A DNA stretch of 64,000 nucleotides from assembly GCA_028023455.1 (NCBI GenBank), contig JAQFVV010000003.1:2604001-2668000 (forward strand). Reading direction: 5' to 3'. A program made the position numbers and the translations under genes. How positions within the stretch are numbered: the first letter of the stretch is position 1; every line of letters starts with the position of its first letter. Positions 1 to 12,582 of the stretch are shown here, piece after piece. The notes under the pieces are model-generated. The model did no database searches. It was not told the origin of the DNA and saw nothing but the letters and a program-made list of their open reading frames with translations. Source of the stretch: Epiperipatus broadwayi (taxonomy: Eukaryota > Animalia > Onychophora).

Positions 1-73
1 ATTGTCAGTAATCAATAATTTTGTATTTTGATCGTTTATCTTTATTTTGGAATGTTTTTGACCGTGAAATCTA

Positions 74-531
74 TGTAACCGATCTATATTCAACATTATA
101 AACAAGCTTTCATAAATTTATCTGTGCGAACTTAATTAAAATGTAGAATTAGAATATAATAGTAATTAAATGCAAATTAAAGTCAAAAATCAAAGTTAAA
201 AATGTAGGTTAAATTTTGAAATGTAAAACTAATACTAAAATAATTTTAAATCTTATATATATGTGCATAAATAAATGTTTGTATGTTAATTACTGGCAGT
301 GGCTTATTTTATTCCTCTTATATATATATATTCTTATATTATATTATTAAATCTCTGCTATTCCACTGAGCTAGTGACATGGGCTAACGACCGGATGCAA
401 AAAAAAAAAAAAAAAATTTTTTTTTTTTTTACTTATATATCTGCCCACTCTATAAATTTTTCTAGGTTCAAATGCCTAGATGGCGCCCTGTAGTGCAGTT
501 TATGTTAAGTCGCCTTCTCCGGATCGTTACA
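74..531. mobile_element. Possible solo LTR (TGTAAC...GTTACA)
   Basis: Starts TGTAAC (74) and ends GTTACA (526-531). Flanks atcta/atata are an imperfect 5-bp TSD. Retains more CpG than most of the window. No internal domain seen. Confidence 0.3.
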
Positions 532-539
532 ATATATAT

Positions 540-1560
540 ATATATATTAGCTTACCTCATAAGTTTTAGTCAAGACTCTTCTGGCTGTACTGGACAGCTT
601 GCTTAACTTGGCTGTAGTTGTAGCAGCTTCCAGTCCTATTGTGAACTTGCCTCACTGTGTAGATGTATTGGTAATAGTAGAAACATCTTTGCAGTAGAAG
701 GTGATTTTAATTGAGAGCACATTCAGTGGTTCATGTTAGACAGATAATATCTCTCTCACTTGCTTCCAAACAGGCTATTTATTTATAGATCCCCCTTCCT
801 TACTTGTAGCAATTAGATTCAGAAAGCATCATTCTCTAATGACCTGTACCAACCAATAGTAGGATTTTATACACATGTTTTCACATTGGCCATACTTATG
901 CTTTACCCTTTGGCTATATTTATACATTAGTTATCCACATGTTTACACATTGTTTAGCAGCAATGAGTGCTCAATTTGATTAGATAATAAAGGAATCTAG
1001 ACTAGTCCACTTCTGAAGACAAAATCGGATATGACATCCCTCCCCCATCTAAATTTAGCCCTGGATCATGTAGTCATTGAGATGATCTGGATAACATAAG
1101 GTCTGCTTTATTGGTTTTTCATGTATTTTGCTGTTCTTGTCTCGTTCATCATTTTTGTTTGATGGTCTTATCCCTGAATGTTTGCCTGGGTTGTTGCTGT
1201 TTTTAGTTTGGTGGTCATCATTTTCACTTGATGTACTTGTTTTTGTGTAATTCAGTCTCAGTTGGTTTAGGTGGTGATGATGTTGATACCCATATGCTGT
1301 TTGAACTACTACAGTGTAGAGTCTCAGTTGAGTAACCTCTGCTGGTATTCATTTTATGGTTCCATAGTACATTCTACATAGCACTTGAATGCTTATTTGT
1401 ACTTTTATCTTGCTATTTTCTTTTTCTACATACTTGGAATTGAGTTTCATGGCTTGCAGGTTAATTCACAATGCCTATTGGTTAGCAGTTTACCTTTTCA
1501 TAGGCCAATGTGGTCATCATGGAGTCTAGATAGGCTACTGAACTGTTTTGTCCTTTGATA
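540..1560 (-). mobile_element. Decayed Gypsy 3' end: integrase C-terminus, PPT and 3' LTR
   Basis: Minus strand ~1255-1350 reads K*IPAEVTQLRLYTVVVQTAYGYQHHHHLNQLR, resembling the Gypsy integrase C-terminal W.P..V...Y.V....G...RH.NQLR motif. Polypurine tract GGGGGAGGGA (1046-1037) is immediately followed by TGTCAT, the LTR start at 1036. Left LTR boundary is uncertain. Confidence 0.7.
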
Positions 1561-2056
1561 AATTTTTAAAATTAAATACTTTAAATAATGAACAATATAT
1601 CAAGTTAATGCTGAGATAAAACACAAGAGATCTTAAATTTCTTCACAAATTTATTTCCCAGAATATTTCTGTATCTAATTTGCTTTCTAGATTAAGTATC
1701 AAGACAGAGAATTATAACACTAAACTCACAATATTTTTGAACTTAAAATTTGTAAATCTGATATATTAACATTTTCCCCTTTATTTTGTTTACATAGAAC
1801 TTATAACAAAGATTTTGCTAATAAAGATATTTTTAATTTAGATTTTAAACAATTCACTAAAATCATAAAAAAATATTATCCTTAATTTCATTTGATATAT
1901 TACCTTTTTACTTATTGTTCATTTTATTGTTTTTCTACTTTATTGTTATTATTTTTTTTCATGCTTATTTAGATTTGTATATAATAATTGTCTTACTGTG
2001 CAATCTATAATTAGCTAAATGCTGTTGATATGTACATTAAATAAATAAAGAATTGA

Positions 2057-2207
<151 letters not shown>

Positions 2208-2516
2208 TACCTTTTCATCTCAACTTGAATCTAACAGGTGCTTAAGAATTATTATAATTTGTGTTATAACCATAATAATGCCACTGAGTCATAAAACAAT
2301 AAAATGGTTACTGCTACATAAATAAGGCAATACACATGTAAATGTGTAAATGTCTAATTTTTTTATTTATTTATTTATTTTTGAATTGTGGGTTATGGTA
2401 TCAGTAAATTTTGAAACTTCTGATATGCCAATCATCTTATTAACTTGCATTTTTGTTATAAAGATCTTTCTAAAACTTAAAACTAATTTAACTTCAGTTG
2501 AATTGTTTATATATAT

Positions 2517-2600
2517 CAGGGGTGGTCAAACTTTTACATGTTGGGAGCAATTTTTTAGTGAAAGTGTATCTGAGGGTGACTACATTATATTCAGGGCTTT
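2517..2600 (+). mobile_element. Orphan hAT-type terminus
   Basis: CAGGGGTGGTCAAAC at 2517 resembles common hAT/MITE terminal repeats. Partner end not found. Confidence 0.3.
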
Positions 2601-3216
2601 GAACTGGAAACCAAAAAAAAAAAAAACATTACTTTTACCCAAACAGAAAAAAATAACAGTTCAAACTCCTGTTTTTTTAGAATATACTTACAAATTGGTG
2701 GGTTTTTTAATAAATGTTTTTTAAGTACTCACAAATATTAGTGACATTTTTACAAGATACTTACAAACTGATAAATTGTTTTTCTATAAGATACAAACTG
2801 TTGAAGATATTTTACTATGATACTTCAATTCTCTCTAGTTATTACAATTTGTCCATGTCATTTTGTAAAATATTTATTAAATTACAATTATTAAATTACT
2901 ATACAATGTGTTTTAAAAAGTTCACAACTTCTTTCTTTTAAAAGCAGTTCATTAAAATCCTTATTTCTCCAAGACAAGTTATTTTCATTTCTCCTTGGGA
3001 AAATGACAATTAAATATTTCTAAGAATTTTAGCTCTAGCATTACACAAAAATAATTTAATTCTTTTCAACTTATTCAACCTGGGTTTATTTTTGAGATCA
3101 ACAATAACAACAGGTTTTGTTTTAAATTTAACTATTTTTAAATGAAAATAATTTTGAATTTTTATTTTTTTTATTTTTTATTAATGTTTATATTCAAATT
3201 AGCTCTAAATTTATTA

Positions 3217-3290
3217 CTATAATTTGTCAATGTTCATGTCAGCTTCACGGTCAACTTCCAGAGACCTAGCAGTCCACATCTTGGCCTTCC
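3217..3290 (-). CDS. Candidate terminal coding exon of an unidentified host gene
   Basis: Acceptor ...atatatatcag| followed by open frame (G)KAKMWTARSLEVDREADMNIDKL* in a locally GC-richer patch. Product not recognised. Confidence 0.35.
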
Positions 3291-4857
3291 CTGATATATA
3301 TGATAAATAAAATCTAAAAATGCAAAAATAAATAATACTGAATTTATCCAAGTGCAAGTTACATTCTATTATTAAATATTTTAAATAAAGTCATCATTTC
3401 AAAGCACTTAATTCTGCTTATGGTCTTATGAATAATTAATTGATACCATATGATAAGCTGATATTCAGACTACTATCTTGTAATTGGAGTTTGTCCAAAA
3501 AATACATAGCTTTATACTATAGCCATTTCCTTAATCCTATTACTTTATTCAAATTATTGGTTTGATTTTTAAAATACCTTAAGAGATTCTGAACCTAGGC
3601 ATATATGCCCAATTTATTGACTTGTCACTAGATTAGAACTTACATATTATAGTGACCTTCCTTATGAATTAGTTGTAAATATTTTTCTTTTTGGAAAAAG
3701 GGTGGCATGTATTAAGTTGAAATAACAAGAATTGTGCTTGGAAATCACATAATTCTGTAGTTTTCTGAATATTTATTATTAACATGCAATCTACAATTCC
3801 ATTTTAATTTCCATATTGTTTTGAAGCATTTATTCTAATTAATAGTATTTGTTTGCTGTGTGTTTATGGTGAATTTTAATTAATAGCATTTGTTGACAAA
3901 TTGTTTTATTAAACAAATAAATACATTTGTTTTTTCATGATGGCATGATAATCAGTGTTCTGGAATTATACTATTATATATTGGAACAGATCTTTATGTG
4001 GTAATATATTTCAAGTTCTTTTGTTATGATTGGATTGTTTATTTTATTGACTGACTTATTTCTGTATTGATAACCAGATTGATTGAAGAGTTGTTTTTTC
4101 AACATGCCTTCCTTTATAATTGGATGAAGGTATGAATTTGATAGCATCAACCTACCCCACATTATTTTATTTATGAGAAAATTCTGTTATTATAACTGAA
4201 GGAGTAGGATATAGCTTAACAAGCAAAAGTATTTTAATGTATTTGAAAACTCAAGCCATTAGAAAGTCTAATAAATAAAAAATCAATCTAAAATCAGTTT
4301 TTATTAATACAAAATATTGCTTATTCAATATTTATTTTCATTGTTTATGAGTAAGTGATGAGAATGATTGTTGTTGTGCTAAAAAACATGCTGTATTTTG
4401 TTTTAGATTAAATAAAATAATAAGCAGTTAAAATTATCACTAAAATTTAATAAATATTTAAAACTTTCTGAGAATGCTTTCATATCTATTATCATCTACT
4501 ATTTACTTTTGGTGTTTTAAACCTATTAATTTCTAAATTCTCATACTTGTAATACAAAGCCAACACTTTAAATTTGTAATACTTTCTATATGAGTTATAG
4601 ATATGTTCTTTAAATCAAGTTTATTTTTATATATACTAACTTTCTATAACATAGACTCTACATAATGATTTAAATTTCTTTCTTAACTAATAAATTTTTA
4701 AAAACTATTTTAACATAATAAAACTTTCCCACTATAAATGTTTTCTTCCTCAGAAATCTTAATAACTTTTCACATTTCATAAGCATCCAATAAACCTAAA
4801 ATATATATTTAATTTATCACATCTTGATATTTGTAGAAAAGCCTATTTCACTTAGAC

Positions 4858-4896
4858 CTGGACTTATCTCTGTCTTCTGTAAAGCCAATGACTCAT
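4858..4896 (-). CDS. Candidate 39-nt internal exon
   Basis: Acceptor ttcacaaccag| and donor |gtctaag. Phase 1-1, reading (D)ESLALQKTEISP(G), phase-compatible with the 3217-3290 exon. The donor is weak. Confidence 0.22.
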
Positions 4897-5817
4897 CTGG
4901 TTGTGAAATATAAGGCTGTCAATTATGATAATAGGTTTTTAATAAATCTATAATTATATTTAAGGAATTATATTGTCAATAGCAACAAAGACCTCCATTC
5001 ATATAATGCATACCCAATAAGATGTAGATTTTTTTTTGGCAGTGCAGGCAGTTCTCTATTTATTAAAATTCAAACTTGAAAATTTTTCAGCAAGCTTTCA
5101 TTTCAGGTTAGTATCTCAATTTTATAATGTCTATACTATGAATATATCTTCATTATTAATATTTATATTTTTATTTGTTTGTGTCTTCCATTAGAGGTTG
5201 CAAATACTCACTTTAAAAAAAAGTTACAAGTGTAAACAAACTCATTTGAAAACAAAAGTGAATATTATAAGAAATATGAAGTCCAACAAATTTATCTATC
5301 ATTATTCATAATCTCATCTAACTTTTTTGTCTGTCACGTTTATTATGACTTATTTTTGAAGAGAAGAAGAAACCATTCCCTCAGATTTTTATATAATTGT
5401 TTAAAAAGCCAGATAGGCTATCCTCAATCATGAATCTAACTAACATAGCAGTGTTCACTTGCATGGCAGTATATTTATTTTCAGATTCTGATTATGAATA
5501 CCCATCATCTTTATCTTCAGCATTTATAAATTAACATCATATCAATGTAACAAAGCAATATCCTGCTTTTTGTTGTTGTTTTCACTTGCATTACTTATAA
5601 TACGATTCTATATTTTGGCAATTTATTTTTAAAAAAGTCATCAAACATACATTCTTTATATGTAAATATTTGAAAACCAGGCACTCTTCACAAATCTGGA
5701 GCTTAATTGTAAATATAGGGGATTTGAACTCAGACTTTCAAGCACCCACCAACTATCCATACTATCTCATACAACTGATACACATGACTATACACATTGT
5801 AGAAAAGATAAATAATC

Positions 5818-5861
5818 ACCAATACACATATTTCATGCTAAACCAGCACTCATCAGTTGGT
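5818..5861 (-). ncRNA. Minimal type I hammerhead ribozyme, intact core
   Basis: Minus strand: ACCAA CUGAUGA GUGCU-GGUUU-AGCAU GAAA UAUGUG UA / UUGGU. 5-bp helix I, canonical CUGAUGA and GAAA, 5-bp helix II (basal G.U). Predicted cut between 5823 and 5822. Confidence 0.85.
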
Positions 5862-6296
5862 CCACATTATCATCTCCCATGTATATATATATATACTCAG
5901 TGCTCAGTTTATATTATGATAGCAAATTTTCACACTTTAGTGGACAGGTTTCAATCTACCCCAACCTCCAACTTTTCAGACATCCATATCATTGAAAATC
6001 TGATGGTGGAAAGCCAAATCCCATGCTGATGCCAACATTTTCAAGCCCATGTTGACCTGAAGTCACTCTGACCCCTCATATATAGGACACCTTTTCCATT
6101 TAAATACATAGAAGAGGGATGGGCAGGATGCAAGCTTATATGTAAATATTTGAAAACCAGGCACTCTTCACAAACCTGGAGCTTAATTGCAAATATAGGG
6201 GATTTGATCTCAGATTTTCAAGCATCCACCAAATATCCAAACTGTCTCATACAACTGATGTACATGACCACACACATGTAGAAAAGATAAATAATC

Positions 6297-6340
6297 ACCA
6301 ATATATGTATTTCATGCTAAAGCAGCACTCATTAATTGGT
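6297..6340 (-). ncRNA. Degenerate hammerhead, family A unit 2
   Basis: ACCAA UUAAUGA GUGCU-GCUUU-AGCAU GAAA UACAUA UA UUGGU. Helices are intact but the core is mutated (UUAAUGA). Confidence 0.7.
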
Positions 6341-6551
6341 CCAGATTATCATCTCCCACACACATATATATAATCAGGCTCAATTTATATTAAGATAGCA
6401 AATCTTCACACTTTAATGGACTGGCTTCAATCTACTCCAACCTCTAACTTTTCAGCCATCCATATCAATGAAAATCTGAAGCCTGTCCATTAAAGTATCT
6501 TAATATAAACTGAGCACTGATTATATATGTGTGGGGGAAATGATAATCTGG

Positions 6552-6595
6552 ACCAACTGAAGAGTGCTGGTTTATCATGAAATACGTATATTGGT
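6552..6595 (+). ncRNA. Minimal type I hammerhead ribozyme, family A inverted copy
   Basis: ACCAA CUGAAGA GUGCU-GGUUU-AUCAU GAAA UACGUA UA / UUGGU. Canonical core, palindromic helix III (AUACGUAU), one mismatch in helix II. Confidence 0.85.
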
Positions 6596-9500
6596 GATGA
6601 TTTATCTTTTCTACATGTATGTGGTCATGGGTATCAGTTGTATAAGATAGTGTGGATAGTTGGTGGGTGCTTGAAAGTCTGAGTTCAAATTCCCTATATT
6701 TATTCTTTATATGTGTTTGTTATGTAAATCAAGTTCAGTGTTGTAGGTGTATATATATGTATGTGTAAAAATATGAATTATATCATGAAGTTATAACTAT
6801 TTCTCAGCATAGGTTTGTGATGCAAATTAAGTTAGATGTGTGTGCGCGTATGTGAAACTGATTTACGTAAAAATATAAATTATTTATACAAAAGTGAAAC
6901 TTAGAATTTCTAAATCAAAATCTATGCAATGAAGTGATATGTACGATTTGGATATTCGCCAGCTTCTTTAATTGCAGTAAATGATTAATTACTTTATTAT
7001 TGCTAATTATGGAAGCTTTAAACTTAATGCTTTAAGAAAACAATAATTTATTCACTTAGTGGTACAAGTAAAAACAATTTATTGTAAACATTATTAAATA
7101 TTCCTTTGTGTTGTTTTTTTTTTTAAGATAATTTTATAAAATAATAGCATAATAATCAAAGTTCAGCTTACGAATAAATGCTAAATCTTTTTCTCTAAAT
7201 CTTTGTAAACAATTCAGTATTCTGTAAGAAGGCTTCTATTGTATACTCTCATCCCACCTCAAATATATATACATATGTGGAACATGTTTTAAACATTTGT
7301 AATTTAATTACCAGGAAAAGTAAATTTATCAATTTTTAGATTGATTATAAACTAAAAATTAAATGTTAAAGTATTGTGTAATTCTTTTTGTAATGTCCGT
7401 GATACTACTAGATCAAATGTATATCTACAATTTTTTTATAAAAATTCATATGATTACAATATCTTTACAACAGAAACGCATATGTACGAAATAAACTACT
7501 TATAAAAATCATTGCATCTATTTCTTCACCACATTGATAAAAGATCATTCCACACATCAATCTTACGCATGAGTTATGCTTGTACTTCTAATTAATTAAT
7601 GTATAGCAGATAGTAATATCAAACTAGACTTCCCTAGTATACAACCCTTTATTTCTATTATGCTTCTCAAATTAAATGAATTTCAAATATTTTTATGTTT
7701 GGAAGTCAAATATCTTTACTTAGTTAAACTTGTTTGTCACTAGATGGCTATAGTGAAAAATTGCTTACAATTCTGAAAATAATCAATGTTTATATAAATA
7801 AGTTTTAAATAGTTAATGTACAGTTTAATGCTACTTCAAATAAAATTGAATTATTTAATGTGTGTACTATATTACTATTAATTTTATTTTAAATAAAGAA
7901 TGTTCTCTACTAGCTATACTTATTAACACTTAATATATTAAGCAACTACATCATATGAATTTCATAGTTTATTCAAACTTATATGCTTCTAAGAACAATT
8001 CTCTTCAGTCTATTCTAGTGTCATTCGTAATTCTAAATAATCAAAGGACATTATATAGTATAGTATTATAATATCCATATTTCCAGACCAAGTTCTAGCT
8101 TTTGTCTTTATTTTTGAGAATTTAGTATGCAGTACTGATTTTTTATGCTTCTAGCAGCTATCTCTCTAGTATATTATTTAAGATGATAGTCTGATCTCAC
8201 TAAAGTATATATAAGCTGATATGATATAAGATCTTTATAAACATGGGAGTTAACTTGAATTCAAGTTCTTGTTTTAATTTCAGGTTCATAGCTTGAATAG
8301 CACAAAAAGGTAAAACTACTACATGTATAAATGCATTAACTCCAGTATTGAGTCCTAAGTTTTATGGATGAAGTCAAAAATGAGAAAACCAGTCTTGGAA
8401 CATGGATATTATAGCACTATACTATACAATGTTTATAGATTATTCAGATTTAAAGAAGATGGCCCTAGAGTAAAGTGAAAACAAATTGCTCTTAGAAATA
8501 TAAATATTATCTTATAACCATAATGAGGAAATATTATCACATTATTTAAAAGAGACATGTGCTATATTAATATTTCTGTGATGGTTTGACACTTGTTTTT
8601 TATTCTTCATTTAAAAGTTTTTCTATAATACCCATAGACATGCTGTAATCCAATAGTCATAGCTTATAAAAATGCATGTACAGTCTAATGTTTAATGTTA
8701 ATATGATACCAAGATATCATCATGCTAAATATGAATACAGCTGAATTTTTTTTTATAATAATTTTTCTGTCTATACAAAGTATCTGTAATAATTAATCAA
8801 TATTATGTATAAAAATTAGATCATTAGACATTAAATACCATTATTTTTAATAACTAAAAATCATAGTTTACTGTTCATACCAACATGCTTCTTAAAGTTT
8901 CCTAGATTCAAAAAATTGTTTTTTAATGGTATTAGTGAATAGCATTATCCAAAAAGAAATAAAAACTGTTTTTCTTTGAATTTTTTTAATGTAATGTGTA
9001 AAAAATAAGCACTTATAAAATGGACACATATATTACTCAAAACAATTTTTAATTTTATTAGACATTCATCAAGAAATTCAATAATAGAATTTACAAAGTT
9101 AGATTTATATGAAATCCATTACCTTCTGATCTTCTTATACTCACCAATCCATTCATTTACAAATAAATTACAGACATCTACTTATTCTATTAGATTTCCA
9201 TTCTCTATGATAAATTTCAGTAAGAGCAGTTACATCAATAAGTTGCAAATATTGTCCTATGTTTGGATCCACTGAAGTCCATATCAGATCAAAATGTAGC
9301 ATTCCATATACTTATATTTAGTTTTTCACCATTATCATCATAAGCTATTAGAATTATTTTAACAATTTAAAAATTTAATCCATCAATCATGGAGATTCAG
9401 CCTTTCTTTTTTATTTTTGTAGAAATGGCAATTTTTAGATACCTTTTACCTCAGTCATTTCATAGTCATTGTAGGAATAAGGCTTTGAAATAAAGCTGGT

Positions 9501-12453
9501 AAGTATACAATCATTTGTTGAGTAAAACTTCTGTCAAATTCAGTCTTTGATGGCTCATTACTGATTGCATTGCATCATGCAAGATTTTACAAACTCATAA
9601 TTTCATTGTTACAATTAATGCAGATCAATGGTGTAAGCAGTTCATAGTAACCAGATCTCAGAAATTATAAAAGTGTGCACATGCATAAGTGTGTCACAAC
9701 AGTATGGAAAGCTATTTTTATGTACCAGTAGATTTTTCTTATTGTCATATCGATTGTAATCCAAATAATGTTCTATTTATTTAGATAGCCTCTTTAAAAG
9801 AAGACATTAAATTAGGCAGTTACTGACTGCTGTCTTATGTGTGTGTGTGTGTGTTTTTTTTTTGTTCTATTTTCTAGACAGATATTTATTTATTAACCAA
9901 TAATTAATTATTTTATTTAGTTGGCTTTTTTAATCTCTAGATAAATATCTTTTACCAACAATCCGCAAACAATTCTAAACTCGTTTAGAGCTTTTTAACT
10001 ATCTGAAAAATTATCAAATTTTGTGCAGATTTCGAGTTGAAGATAGGCACATAACTAGCAGTTATACTAACCCTTATAACACATGTTTATTAATTTATTA
10101 CTCAATAATCTCCATCTATAAATGCTCGAGTGATATTAACTTCTTTTCTAGTGTGATTTCTCTGTATAATATGATTCATATAACCGTATTATGAGAGTGG
10201 ATGATTCGAGTATTTTGACTAATTGTGTGTGCGTGTTTTAACAAAGGTTTGTGGTAATCAATTTATGCTTGTAAGAATTTAATATCTATAAATCATTTGA
10301 TTAATTATAATTGATTAACAATTTTATAATTAATTTTAACAGGAACATAAATGCTTTTAAAATATAATTATTTAAATTTTTAATAAGTTATATATTCTTG
10401 AAATTATTTAATCTTTTCCTAGAACATCGAATAGACTGATTCAGAATTTTATTCCAAGCTTATTGTCGAATTCACTTTATTAAAATTACAAGTGGTGCTG
10501 AAAAAAAAAAGTAAAAAGAAAAATCAATAATTTTTATTCTTTAAAAATGAAAAAAAGAAAAGTCAAAAAAGAAAGGTTTAAGGATTGGCGTAATATTCTA
10601 TTTTTCATATTTAAAAAAACGAGAAAGAAAAGAAGAAAAAAAAGTCTATAAAACAAATATTTTAAAATTTACTTCAATTCATTAAATGTATTTTGTAATT
10701 GTTTGCCTGATGTTTTAAATTTTAATAAGCATATTTATCTTTATGAATGATAAAGGAAATTCATTCTGATGCATGTCTAGTAATAGATAAATGTACTTCT
10801 GACGCACTATTTTGTGTCAGAATTCATTGGTGAGATTTTGTATTATTAAAAGAATTCTCTTACTGAAAAGAAATGTGGTTGCATAAACATTTTAAAATAT
10901 TTCACTGCGTGAAGCTTTAAATAATTTAATATTATTTTATAAATGTGTTTGAAGATTTGCTACGTAAAAGTATTCTATGTTCAAAATCTTTAAATTTTAA
11001 CTAGAAAGCAAAATTATGTATTACACTGATATACAATTTATGTGCAAAATCCATCCATCAATTATTCATTTAACAATAAACTTCAAGTATTTTAGCTTTT
11101 TTGACTGTAAACCTGTTTTTATATAATAAAAAAAAAATGTAACATAATTATCATCATCATCATTTTCTATGATATTAATTTACTATAAGATAAAACTCTT
11201 ATTAAATCAGGTCGATATTATCTCCTCTTCATATCTCTCAAAATATATATATAAACCTTTCTTACTTAATTTATCCTTCTCATACGTAATCTTTTTTAAA
11301 AAAAAAAAAAATATTGGTATTCAGTTTAGTGCTTCTATTATAATCTTTTTTAGTATAGAGACCAATTTCTTTTCAGTCTCTTCATTTTCTGAGAAATTAA
11401 TACCTATTTTTCTCTCATCTATGTGGTTTCTTTTGGTCTGCAGTTGTTAATTCAAACATACATCTCTCTATATTACACAACAGATATTATTCCTTCTATC
11501 AGACGTCAAATCTCAGATCATAAATAACTGCTAATAAAACACAATGTTTTTGGGTTTTTTTTTAAATACACAGATATGTTTTGCTATTCTTTATTTTAAT
11601 TTAGTTCTGCTGAAATATTGAATCCAAAATAACTGTTTTGCTTTTGAAATAACTGTTTTGTTTTTATTATTGAAACTTAATTTGTTTGCAGTTATTTTAA
11701 GCAATGTTTATTCAAGAGTAAAATAAATTGTTGTCTAACTTATATATAAAATTTTAACAGCTATAGCTCTAATATTAATTTAAAGGCTATATAACCGAAT
11801 CAATAAAAAAAAAATACTTTTAAAATTTGTGTGTATATTTTAAACAAGCTAATATTTTATTTTAACACGAAATTGTTTGATTAACAAAGTAAATATCCAT
11901 TGGATTATTAAATAAAGTTATTTTTGATAAGCAATGATTTGAGAAAATTTGTACAAGTTTAGAAAAATGATATGAGTAAACAATGCACTTAGTACTTACT
12001 TATATGTGGGTTTATAGTGAAAAGATCAAAATTTTAAGTGGGCATGGTTTTCTAGTTCCAAGATCAGTGGTTTGTCGCTTGCTAGGATTTGCTGCATCAA
12101 TTGATTTGTAGGAGTTTTGCTACCAAGTAACACTTCTCTTACTGATGATAATGATTATAATCATATTACAATTGTGTATCATCTGCATGGCATATCAACA
12201 CTTTTCTTACGAAATACAAGAAAACTTTATTGTATTTACGTTTAATTATTTATAATAAGTTATTAACGAAAAAGAAGTCAAGTAACATTAGACAAAACAT
12301 AACATGATCACCATTTCTTTTGCTTACTCATACTTGTTATTAAAACAGGCAAAACTCTCCATACAGTAGTGCCACTCAGTGCGAGCCAGAATAGTCAATG
12401 GATGCCAGAAGGCCTGTGCATAAAATCCTTATTTAGTGCCTACTCATCCAATA

Positions 12454-12495
12454 TCTCCAAATTAGTTTCTAGCTTGTGGCTTTCATTAGTGAGGA
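12454..12495 (-). ncRNA. Degenerate hammerhead motif, family B inverted copy
   Basis: UCCUCA CUAAUGA A AGC-CACAA-GCU A GAAA CUAA UU UGGAGA. Confidence 0.6.
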
Positions 12496-12540
12496 GCTTT
12501 AGATCCTAAGATCTAGGTGCAGTGCTCTCAGATCCAAGGC

Positions 12541-12582
12541 TTCTCACTGATGAAAGCCACAAGCTAAAAACTAGTCTGGGGA
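12541..12582 (+). ncRNA. Minimal type I hammerhead motif, family B (G12 mutated in this copy)
   Basis: UUCUCA CUGAUGA A AGC-CACAA-GCU A AAAA CUAG UC / UGGGGA. The copies at 12454-12495 and 38370-38411 retain GAAA, so the consensus core is CUGAUGA...GAAA-CUAG-UC. Confidence 0.7.

Larger units (their letters stand above)
5655..6705 (-). repeat. Family A: non-coding ~480-bp tandem repeat with a hammerhead ribozyme (retrozyme/SINE-like)
   Basis: The unit start tgtaaatatttgaaaaccaggcactc occurs at 5661 and 6141 (period 480). Unit 2 stops at ~6478 and an inverted partial copy follows (~6480-6705). Each copy has one HHR motif and a B-box-like sequence. Confidence 0.9.

Noticed and set aside
299-493. 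Short six-frame ORFs such as 299-493, 2015-2218, 11169-11450, 25252-25443, 35548-35826, 48506-48865 and 53339-53608
   Set aside because: Low-complexity F/I/K/L/Y-rich translations of AT-rich or microsatellite DNA, with no recognisable motifs.
5670-6029. 119-aa plus-strand ORF in family A
   Set aside because: Antisense to the ribozyme strand, not open in unit 2, and without protein motifs.
9423-9498. Plus-strand segment with a strong acceptor and a GTAAGT donor (also 4078-4129, 8284-8309, 53230-53304)
   Set aside because: 9423-9498 has stops in all three frames, and the others give no recognisable, connectable protein. Splice-like signals are common by chance in AT-rich DNA.
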